A stretch of DNA of 32,000 nucleotides from Gammaproteobacteria bacterium. GTDB taxonomy: Bacteria; Pseudomonadota; Gammaproteobacteria; JBIOEC01. The notes under the pieces are model-generated. The model was not told the origin of the DNA. It saw nothing but the letters and a program-made list of their open reading frames with translations, and did no database searches. Position numbers and translations under genes: made by a program. Shown here piece by piece: positions 17,967 through 24,821 of this stretch. Within the stretch, counting starts at the first letter, position 1, and every line of letters starts with the position of its first letter. Where the stretch lies: positions 840,001 to 872,000 of the forward strand of contig OZ257143.1 of NCBI GenBank assembly GCA_965279305.1, given 5' to 3'.

Positions 17967-19430
17967 ATGCGTTTATCTGCCAGCCAACAAATTCTAGCCA
18001 TCAATTACTTTCTGATGCAAAACCGCTATAACCTCATGGTATGGGGCTTGGCTTTGCATACCCTAGACGTTATCCAATACGCACATAAGCGCATCCATCA
18101 TAAAGAAGCCATCCAACAATTACTAAAAGACTTATTTAAACAAACCTTATCCGAAAATTGGCTTAAATATATAAAGGGTTTAAATGCCGAAGAAGTGTTT
18201 GGAAGAGATTTTTTTGACGTCAATATTTTTCCGAAAATAGCACCGATTTCCAACTTAAAACACCCTAATGAATTTTATGATAATTGGAAAACTGCTCAAT
18301 GGAGTGGAAGAGATCTATTTTCTAATCATCTCAGAAATGTAATTATGTACGTTGAATCGAAGCATTTAATTTCGCTACGTAAAACCAATGAAATTCCAAC
18401 CAATATAGTAGGCACGTACAGACAAGTATGGAATGAAAGCTTTTTATATTTCCCAAAAAATAACGCTTCAAAATTTGAGAAAATTTACTTAAATACTTTC
18501 AAATATCCAAATGATTATGGAATAAAAGCTATTATATTTTTTTCTTTTGTGATTGGATTTGTTTTCTGGCTCAATAGAAGGTTTAATGAAAAATTTCCAC
18601 TCTATAACTCGTATGTTGCTATTTTTTTAAGTGCCCTTGCAATTAGATTATTATACATATTTTTTAAATATGGATCGTTACCTTCTTATATCAATATAAA
18701 TCTTAATTTAGTAAAATCCTTTGCAAATAAACGTGTCGAAGATCTGGAAGCTGCTTTTGAACCTGAAATGCATATAATTGGCCTTATCCAAAAAATAATC
18801 GATGATTTAAGACCAAAAGAACCGACCAAAAAACCAAAGCAAATTTCAGGGGCAGTGTCTCATTCTAAAGTCACATCGTCTCGCTTACAATTTCCTCATT
18901 ATCCTGTTTCCACAGCTGAAGCTCCCGCAGAAAGAAGAATATATCGTTTATTTAAAAGAGCAACTCCTGTAACAGTAGAAGCCCCTCGGCCTATTCAAAA
19001 GAAAGAAATTGAAATATTTCATTTTGTGGATTCCTCAGGAAATCAAAGAAGAGTTTATCCTTTTGGAAAAGTATTTGTAGCGGATTTATTACCAGACGAT
19101 GCAAAAGAAGCAGGCACTCGCATTACCAGCTTACTTGAAAAAGTATTACAAGATGGCCGCATCATACCAAAAACGCGAGTGGGCCAAACAGGTTTAAAAA
19201 TATATTCCAACAAAGAAACTGATGAAGGTGCACTTGCTGTACTCAAACTAGACAGAAGATTACGTTTTGCCTGCGATGCAGAGCGAGTAACCGTAACTAG
19301 TTCCATCAAAGGAGAAATCCCCGCTGCACTCGTTTATATCCCAGGCCTTTGCATAGTAAAAAATGGCGCAGAGCAACTCGCCGCCCCAAGACCTCAGAAT
19401 AATCCCGCTCCCGCCGCCCGAGTTAGATAA
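17967..19430 (+). CDS. Hypothetical protein with a central pair of hydrophobic helices
   Basis: 487-aa ORF with no recognisable domain. Two TM-like segments (IKAIIFFSFVIGFVFWL and VAIFLSALAIRLLYIFF) lie mid-protein. The tail is Pro/Ala-rich (AAPRPQNNPAPAARVR). Confidence 0.6.
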   Translation: MRLSASQQILAINYFLMQNRYNLMVWGLALHTLDVIQYAHKRIHHKEAIQQLLKDLFKQTLSENWLKYIKGLNAEEVFGRDFFDVNIFPKIAPISNLKHPNEFYDNWKTAQWSGRDLFSNHLRNVIMYVESKHLISLRKTNEIPTNIVGTYRQVWNESFLYFPKNNASKFEKIYLNTFKYPNDYGIKAIIFFSFVIGFVFWLNRRFNEKFPLYNSYVAIFLSALAIRLLYIFFKYGSLPSYININLNLVKSFANKRVEDLEAAFEPEMHIIGLIQKIIDDLRPKEPTKKPKQISGAVSHSKVTSSRLQFPHYPVSTAEAPAERRIYRLFKRATPVTVEAPRPIQKKEIEIFHFVDSSGNQRRVYPFGKVFVADLLPDDAKEAGTRITSLLEKVLQDGRIIPKTRVGQTGLKIYSNKETDEGALAVLKLDRRLRFACDAERVTVTSSIKGEIPAALVYIPGLCIVKNGAEQLAAPRPQNNPAPAARVR

Positions 19431-19432
19431 AC

Positions 19433-19657
19433 TCAACACGAAAAAGTATTTTTCTTCTTGATATAGTGAGAGTAGAAAAAGAGCATTCTTGAAAATAAAG
19501 GATACTTAGGCAGTTCATATTCACTTTTAATCCATCTATCCAACGTAGTTCTAGATACCCCTATAGACCGAGAGATTTCTCTAAGGGTATATCCAGAATC
19601 CTTTAACTCCTCAAGCATCTGCCGCCAATTGCCTAAAATAATAGGATCTCGTTTCAT
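19433..19657 (-). CDS. Small HTH protein, possibly the N-terminal remnant of a transposase or recombinase
   Basis: Residues ~10-50 (WRQMLEELKDSGYTLREISRSIGVSRTTLDRWIK) form a typical HTH. The remaining ~25 aa are low-complexity and the ORF abuts the convergent gene, consistent with truncation. No catalytic domain or inverted repeats were seen. Confidence 0.35.
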   Translation of the reverse strand: MKRDPIILGNWRQMLEELKDSGYTLREISRSIGVSRTTLDRWIKSEYELPKYPLFSRMLFFYSHYIKKKNTFSC

Positions 19658-19924
19658 GGTTATACCTTCCTTTGTAAGTATTCTGACGATTAATGTTCTG
19701 TATGCTTAAGCAGTTTATCTGGTCATAATTTTCATTTAATTGAAATTAATGTTGATGTATTTTAAAAATATACCATATAATGAAAATATTCAAGAGGTTA
19801 TTAAAAATATCGCATATATGGAATTTTTTGAATCTTTAAGGAAAAATGTATTCATTTAATGGTAAAAATATAAGCCTATGTTAGAATTAGTTTTACGATT
19901 TGGCATAATTTGCTGGGAAGCTAG

Positions 19925-20602
19925 ATGAATACACAAGAAAATCTTAGAGCCTCAGAATCTGAGGAAACAAGCATTGGTAGCATTTTAAAAAGACTGATGA
20001 TGGCTCGCTCTATAAAGTTATATGAATTGAGCGACAAGACAGGAGTGGCTATAGGCAACTTAAGTCGTATTCTAAATGACAAAGAAGCTAATCCTACCCT
20101 AAATACTTTGACCCCGTTAGCCGAGTTCTTTGGGGTTTCATTAGGACAACTTGTAGGAAATGAAGCCCTTTCTGATACTGGAGCTTGTAATCTACTCTTA
20201 GAGAATAAGACTAAATGGTTAAAAATCCCTCTCATTCTTTGGGGTAATGTAAGAGATTTTCTTCAAAATAAAAAAAACCTCGATTTTTACAAAGATCTTA
20301 TTTTATCTGATATAGAACTAGATGAAGCTTCATATGCCTTAATGGTAGAAGAAGACGATTGGAACTACTTTACTAAAGGAACTGTACTAGTAATAGATCC
20401 TGTGGTGGAACCCAAAGTTAGAGATTTTATAGTGGTGTCAAAAGATCATAAATCAAAACCATCTTTAAAGCAGTTATTAGCAGATGACGAAGGGGAAATG
20501 TATTTAAAATCCATGAATAATGAGATTGGAAAAATTATACCCTTAGATAAAAGTGCAGTAATTTATGGGGTAATGAGACAGGCAAGAAAAGACTATAAAT
20601 AA
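19925..20602 (+). CDS. CI/LexA-like repressor: XRE-type HTH plus S24-peptidase-like C-terminal domain
   Basis: N-terminal HTH SIGSILKRLMMARSIKLYELSDKTGVAIGNLSRILNDKEANPTLNTLTPLAEFFGVSLGQLVG. The C-terminal region aligns by eye with the lambda CI/LexA S24 fold (GTVLVIDPVVEPKVRDFIVV...SLKQLL). Confidence 0.75.
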   Translation: MNTQENLRASESEETSIGSILKRLMMARSIKLYELSDKTGVAIGNLSRILNDKEANPTLNTLTPLAEFFGVSLGQLVGNEALSDTGACNLLLENKTKWLKIPLILWGNVRDFLQNKKNLDFYKDLILSDIELDEASYALMVEEDDWNYFTKGTVLVIDPVVEPKVRDFIVVSKDHKSKPSLKQLLADDEGEMYLKSMNNEIGKIIPLDKSAVIYGVMRQARKDYK

Positions 20603-20603
20603 T

Positions 20604-21251
20604 ATGCTTGATATTAAACCAAATAACTTGAAATATTTACTTTTTTTCGGGATGTTGCAAGTTTCAATCAGTATAACTGCTTGTGTTGTGGCATATAGAT
20701 TTGTTGGAATAGGAAGTTTAATTTTACCAGGGCCGCCTTTTATATTTCCCTTAAGTTATGTTGTTAGTGATATTGTTGCTGAGTTATATGGCCCAAAATT
20801 GGCAAAAACTATAATTATAATTTCTCTTTTATGTGAGTTTTTTTTTGCTATAGTTGTGAAAATTATTATTAGACTACCTAGTCCCGATTTTTGGGTACAT
20901 GAGGAAAATTATTTTATTATTTTTGATCCTTTACTAGGTTTTATCGTTGCAGGAACTATTGCTGTTTTAGCCAGTTCATGGATTAATGTAAATTTTTTAC
21001 AAAAATTGAAAATTAAATGGAACGGAAGAAGATTTGTTTTGAGAAGTATTAGCTCATCTGCTTTAGGAGGTTTTTGTCTTGTTGGGCTCACAATGATTTT
21101 TGGTTATTCTACAGAGGTTTCTATTTCGCAGTTATTTAACATGGGAGCTTCTGTTTATTTATTAGAGCTTATGTATGCTGTTGCGTTTGCTATTCCAGCC
21201 AGATATGTTATAGGGTATATACGATTAAAAGAAAGGCATAATGAAAATTAA
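20604..21251 (+). CDS. yhhQ: Queuosine-precursor (preQ0/preQ1) transporter, YhhQ/VUT (DUF165) family
   Basis: 215-aa polytopic protein with the family motif PGPPFIFPLSYVVSDIVAELYG. It starts 1 nt after the repressor stop. Confidence 0.75.
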   Translation: MLDIKPNNLKYLLFFGMLQVSISITACVVAYRFVGIGSLILPGPPFIFPLSYVVSDIVAELYGPKLAKTIIIISLLCEFFFAIVVKIIIRLPSPDFWVHEENYFIIFDPLLGFIVAGTIAVLASSWINVNFLQKLKIKWNGRRFVLRSISSSALGGFCLVGLTMIFGYSTEVSISQLFNMGASVYLLELMYAVAFAIPARYVIGYIRLKERHNEN

Positions 21252-21274
21252 TATTTATAAATGGTGAGGAAAAG

Positions 21275-21814
21275 ATGAAAGATAGGATAGGAGATTTGGT
21301 CAGAAAATATGAAATGCTGTCTCATCCTGAAGGCGGGTTTTATAAAGAAACATACCGTTCAAATCGACAGGTAATTTTGGATGGCGAAACTTATCCAGCT
21401 GGAACGGATATTTTTTATCTATTGAGAAATTTCAAGCATCTTGGCGATTTTTCTGCTTGGCATAAATTAAAAGGAGTAGATGAAACATGGTTTTTCCATG
21501 AAGGAAGAGATTTAACTATCTATATGATTGATCTAGAAGGAAAGCTTGCGAAACTGATATTAGGTCAAAGTGATGCTGCAAATTACCAAATTCATATACC
21601 CAGGGATACTTGGTTTTCAGCAGTAGTGGAAGGAGATGACCCATCAGGATATTGCTTAGTATCTTGTGCTGTATTTCCAGGATTTGATTTTAAGTGTTTC
21701 GAATTAGCAGATAGAGATAAACTTGGGCATGAGTTCCCGCAACATCAAGAAATTATTGAAAGACTTACAAGAAAAGGACATCTTACAAAAAATACATTGA
21801 GCTCTCCAGCTTAA
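21275..21814 (+). CDS. Cupin-fold protein, DUF985 family
   Basis: The N-terminal motif LSHPEGGFYKETYRS is characteristic of DUF985 cupins. 179 aa. Confidence 0.75.
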   Translation: MKDRIGDLVRKYEMLSHPEGGFYKETYRSNRQVILDGETYPAGTDIFYLLRNFKHLGDFSAWHKLKGVDETWFFHEGRDLTIYMIDLEGKLAKLILGQSDAANYQIHIPRDTWFSAVVEGDDPSGYCLVSCAVFPGFDFKCFELADRDKLGHEFPQHQEIIERLTRKGHLTKNTLSSPA

Positions 21815-21836
21815 CTATAAATTTTGTTAAAATATT

Positions 21837-22433
21837 CTATTTTTTTATAAAAATATTTAATACTTTTTTTAAAAAAGGTATCGCTTTTTTGCGAGAGTTT
21901 AGACTTTCTTGTTCGTCAAGAATTTCTTCCATGCCTGCATAATAAGCAATTTGTATTTTATCATTTACATTTAACTGATGAAATATTTCTGGTTTTTTTA
22001 TTATGATCCCTGCGGGGAGGTTAATGATTTTTTCTCCTTTATCCAAGGGGATGCTAATCGAAAAGCTTAATTTATGTGTGGAAGGTTCTAGGTTAATGGA
22101 TTTTATATGATATTTTTTGAACTTGATAAGTTTCAAATTGTCAGTAACAGTTATTTTGTTTTTTGATAAAGACTGGTATTGTTCTATTTTTGCTTTTTCA
22201 GTTTCTGACATATTCTCATAAATGAAAGTAATAGAAGGGTCATGGAGAAGATCATCGAGAGAGTAATGTAAAGTGATATTTTTACCTACAATTTGAATTT
22301 CAAAAATAAAGCTACAATTTTTTTTTGTTTCGATACTAGCTATACGATAAACGGGAAGAGACGAGTTGATTTTTTTTACTTCGTTAAAAGTATAAGTTAA
22401 ATTGGAAAAGGCTTTCTTCAGAACTTGAATCAT
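21837..22433 (-). CDS. Hypothetical Lys/Ile-rich protein
   Basis: ATG 22433 is preceded by AAGAGGG 6-7 nt upstream, so I prefer it to the track start at 22523. No recognisable domain. The DNA is very AT-rich. Confidence 0.5.
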   Translation of the reverse strand: MIQVLKKAFSNLTYTFNEVKKINSSLPVYRIASIETKKNCSFIFEIQIVGKNITLHYSLDDLLHDPSITFIYENMSETEKAKIEQYQSLSKNKITVTDNLKLIKFKKYHIKSINLEPSTHKLSFSISIPLDKGEKIINLPAGIIIKKPEIFHQLNVNDKIQIAYYAGMEEILDEQESLNSRKKAIPFLKKVLNIFIKK

Positions 22434-22555
22434 GATAACCCTCTTGATATTCCCTGCTATTTTATAGCATGAAGAGTATTTTTTATACTTGTTTTTTGCT
22501 GAAAGGGACGTGAGATATGTCATACAAAGCGCACATGTTTTATAGAAGATATAAC

Positions 22556-23401
22556 TTATAACGTACTTAAATCGGGAAGTATCGTTATTCGTTGATGATT
22601 TTTAGTAGGTATACGCTTTCTTTGAGCTTCTATTAGTTCTGAGTCGATCTGTGAAAGCACTACCCCATTACCTTCTGTAAGGTGTGCAATAACTTGTCCT
22701 GAAGGCGAAACAATTAAACTATTACCGTAGGTTTCTCGAGAGCTGCCGTGTTTTCCCCATTGTGCTGAACAAATAACGTAGCTAAAGTTCTCAATAGCTC
22801 GTGCTCTTGCTAAGATCTCCCAGTGTTCTTTTCCTGTTTGAAGAGTAAATGCAGATGGGATAACAATTATATCAGCTCCCAGATTAAACAAAGTTCTATA
22901 TAATTCTGGAAAACGTATATCATAGCAAACGGATAATCCAATGCGGCCAAGGGGTGTATCAACTACAACAATTTTATCTCCAGGCATTGTAGTATCAGAT
23001 TCTCTGTATGATTCAGATGGGCTAAGAGTCACATCGAATAAATGAATTTTGTCATATCTCGCAACTTGCGTACCTTTATCATTAAATACTAAACATGAAG
23101 CATATGTTTTATTTGGATCATTGCTTTCTAGGGGTATGGTGCCTCCTATTATCCAGATCCCTAATTCACGTGCTTGTTCTGATAAAAAAGTCTGTATTTG
23201 TCCAGAGCCTTTTTTTTCCTTAATTAGTAATTTTTTTGAAGCAAAAGAGGGACCACTGCCTAATAAAGGAAACATTTCGGGTAATACCGCAAGGGTTGCT
23301 CCTTTATCAGATGCTTCTTTTAGTAGTGTTTGTGCCAAATCTAAGTTTTTAGATAAATCCATCCCTGAGTTCATTTGTATAGCCGCTATTTTTTTTAACA
23401 T
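22556..23401 (-). CDS. Carbon-nitrogen hydrolase (nitrilase superfamily, omega-amidase/Nit-like)
   Basis: The Glu-Lys-Cys triad is in context: LAVLPEMF, RYDKIHLFD and GLSVCYDIRFPELYR. 281 aa. Confidence 0.88.
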   Translation of the reverse strand: MLKKIAAIQMNSGMDLSKNLDLAQTLLKEASDKGATLAVLPEMFPLLGSGPSFASKKLLIKEKKGSGQIQTFLSEQARELGIWIIGGTIPLESNDPNKTYASCLVFNDKGTQVARYDKIHLFDVTLSPSESYRESDTTMPGDKIVVVDTPLGRIGLSVCYDIRFPELYRTLFNLGADIIVIPSAFTLQTGKEHWEILARARAIENFSYVICSAQWGKHGSSRETYGNSLIVSPSGQVIAHLTEGNGVVLSQIDSELIEAQRKRIPTKNHQRITILPDLSTL

Positions 23402-23544
23402 GGTAAATTTGATGTTCTTTGGGTTCCGTACAGATTGCTATATCTATAGCGACAATACAACCCTCTAGCTTCTTGCGCAAAAATTGGGTACACTAACCGC
23501 CTATTTTGGTAACCTGCCTCAGTCATGAGGTAGGGACTCATTAT

Positions 23545-23620
23545 GGGTGCTTAGCTCAGCTGGTAGAGCGTCGCCCTTACAAGGCGAGGGTCGGGGGTTC
23601 GAGCCCCTCAGCACCCACCA
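23545..23620 (+). tRNA. tRNA-Val (anticodon TAC)
   Basis: A manual cloverleaf fits in 76 nt with encoded CCA. Parts in order: acceptor GGGTGCT, TA, D-stem GCTC, D-loop AGCTGGTA, D-stem GAGC, G, anticodon stem TCGCC, anticodon loop CTTACAA, anticodon stem GGCGA, variable GGGTC, T-stem GGGGG, T-loop TTCGAGC, T-stem CCCTC, acceptor AGCACCC, A, CCA. Confidence 0.93.
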
Positions 23621-23656
23621 TTGCGTTACTATTAATAGTGTTAGACCTAACCGTGT

Positions 23657-23733
23657 GGAGTGGTAGTTCAGTTGGTTAGAATACCGGCCTGTCACGCCGG
23701 GGGTCGCGGGTTCGAGTCCCGTCCACTCCGCCA
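23657..23733 (+). tRNA. tRNA-Asp (anticodon GTC)
   Basis: A manual cloverleaf fits in 77 nt with encoded CCA. Parts in order: acceptor GGAGTGG, TA, D-stem GTTC, D-loop AGTTGGTTA, D-stem GAAT, A, anticodon stem CCGGC, anticodon loop CTGTCAC, anticodon stem GCCGG, variable GGGTC, T-stem GCGGG, T-loop TTCGAGT, T-stem CCCGT, acceptor CCACTCC, G, CCA. Confidence 0.93.
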
Positions 23734-23740
23734 ATTATAT

Positions 23741-23768
23741 AAAAAAGGCACCTTTAGGTGCTTTTTTT
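23741..23768 (+). terminator. Rho-independent terminator after tRNA-Asp
   Basis: An A-run, stem GCACC, loop TTTA, stem GGTGC, then a T7 run. Confidence 0.65.
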
Positions 23769-24091
23769 ATATATTTCTGTTAGAGATTACGAGAACCCGC
23801 GACTTCAATAGTCGGGTTCGACAAAATTGCCAGGAGCAATTTTGGACGCGCAAAGCGCGCCCGCAGGGCGAAGGCCAGATGGCCTGAGTCAATCCTGTCC
23901 ACTCCACCACACTATAAAAAAGGCACCTTTGGGTGCTTTTTTTATATAGTTCTGTTAGAGATTACGAGAACCCGCGACTTCAATAGTCGGGTTCGACAAA
24001 ATTGCCAGGAGCAATTTTGGACGCGCGAAGCGCGCCCGCAGGGCGAAGGCCAGGATGGCCTGAGTCAATCCCGACCACTCCACCACACTAT

Positions 24092-24118
24092 AAAAAGGCA
24101 CCTTTAGGTGTTTTTTTT
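24092..24118. terminator. Third copy of the hairpin, placed to act as a bidirectional terminator (also ends the minus-strand operon)
   Basis: An A5 run, GCACC, TTTA, GGTGT, then a T8 run. It lies 12 nt beyond the stop (24131-24133) of the last minus-strand gene, and on the minus strand the hairpin is followed by T5. Confidence 0.55.
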
Positions 24119-24130
24119 ATAACCCCATTT

Positions 24131-24757
24131 TTAGGCTGGGCTTGGGCTATCCATTTTTTGTGGTGCTGGAGCTGTTTCTCTTCGTAGAATTGCTGAGCCA
24201 TAGCGGACTGCAATTGCTGCAGGGAAGAGGCTGAAACTCATTGCTAGCTGATAGCCTGTATTGGCGAATACATTTTGGCTATTTAAAGCGCTAGGTAGTA
24301 TGGCTGCTGTTGCAACGATGATACCCGTTAATATTCCAAGCGCATTATCTAAAGTTGAGAGGCGGATATAGATGTTTTTGTTCTGCTTTATTTCTTCTTG
24401 AGATGGCATGGTAACAACACCGATAATGGCCATTACAATGGCAATTCCTGCTGTTACTAGGCCTGCTATTACTGCTAATGTGTCAGAAACAATAGGAAAA
24501 GAGTTTATAAACGTTAGCCAAAGACCCAATGCCAATAAACCTACCGCAAGCGTACCCATAAATCTTGCGTATTGTTGTGCTCTAGAAAGAGGTAGTGTGG
24601 AGCCTGTTTCTTTAGCCTTGGAGACGGCAGTGACAGAAGTCGTAGTGCCATAATCTTGTGGGGCTACGGGAAGTAGCACAGTACGGGCAGTACTTGGAGA
24701 AAATACGGTATTGGGAGCATTATGTTCTTGTATATTTAATTTTGCAGTTATTGTCAT
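24131..24757 (-). CDS. Membrane protein with two hydrophobic hairpins (4 TM)
   Basis: 208 aa. TM pairs are FMGTLAVGLLALGLWLTFI / TLAVIAGLVTAGIAIVMAIIGVV and ALGILTGIIVATAAILPSAL / YQLAMSFSLFPAAIAVRYG. AAGAGG SD lies 5-6 nt before the ATG. No known domain. Confidence 0.65.
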   Translation of the reverse strand: MTITAKLNIQEHNAPNTVFSPSTARTVLLPVAPQDYGTTTSVTAVSKAKETGSTLPLSRAQQYARFMGTLAVGLLALGLWLTFINSFPIVSDTLAVIAGLVTAGIAIVMAIIGVVTMPSQEEIKQNKNIYIRLSTLDNALGILTGIIVATAAILPSALNSQNVFANTGYQLAMSFSLFPAAIAVRYGSAILRRETAPAPQKMDSPSPA

Positions 24758-24821
24758 AAAAACCTCTTAAACTTCATTATTTATTTACATTAATATAAAA
24801 TTAAATTTAGGTCAACTTAAT

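Larger units (their letters stand above)
23734..24120 (+). repeat. Tandem 176-bp repeat (2 full copies plus a partial third). Each unit is a terminator hairpin, four stem-loops and a degenerate tRNA-Asp 3' end.
   Basis: The period is exactly 176 nt between the CCA ends at 23733, 23909 and 24085. The copies are near-identical with a few substitutions and indels. See the findings for hairpin coordinates. Confidence 0.9.

Noticed and set aside
3075-19309. Numerous 60-125-aa ORFs nested antisense or out of frame inside larger genes (for example 3075-3431, 3619-3813, 4129-4494, 4554-4808, 7771-7959, 8464-8748, 9732-9920, 11728-12081, 12738-13112, 13976-14167, 15602-16206, 16491-16694, 19055-19309)
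   Set aside because: Each is fully contained in a longer ORF that has clear family motifs. The nested products are low-complexity or Cys/Arg/Ser-biased, as expected from shadow frames. The same applies to 19921-20235, 20909-21091, 23049-23468, 24408-24653, 24832-25095, 25315-25590, 26159-26407, 29425-29610 and 30842-31129.
19925-20602. Calling the HTH-S24 protein LexA
   Set aside because: It has an XRE-type HTH rather than the winged-helix LexA N-domain. It has no Ala-Gly cleavage site that I could find, and the nucleophile Ser position is substituted. It is a CI-like repressor, not the SOS regulator.
23762-23790. LetA/GacA-type box or sigma70 promoter in front of the repeat-unit hairpins
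   Set aside because: TATATT (23770-23775) is a fair -10, but the -35 position falls in the terminator stem (GGCACC). ATTTCTGTTAGA matches only half of the palindromic GacA/LetA-type consensus as I recall it. This is too weak to call.
23769-23909. The repeat unit as a tRNA pseudogene or tmRNA-like gene (because it ends in ...GTCCACTCCACCA)
   Set aside because: No 5' partner (GGAGTGG) is present to form an acceptor stem, there are no D or anticodon arms, and only ~24 nt resemble the tRNA-Asp 3' end. It is better explained as an att-like duplication of the tRNA end or as a different structured RNA.
23519-24187. Track ORFs 23519-23734 (-), 23660-23887 (+) and 24002-24187 (+)
   Set aside because: They run straight across the tRNA-Val and tRNA-Asp genes and the 176-bp tandem repeats. 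Their sequences, such as GRGFESRPLRQ, are just translations of tRNA and hairpin DNA. No SD is present and there is no coding logic.
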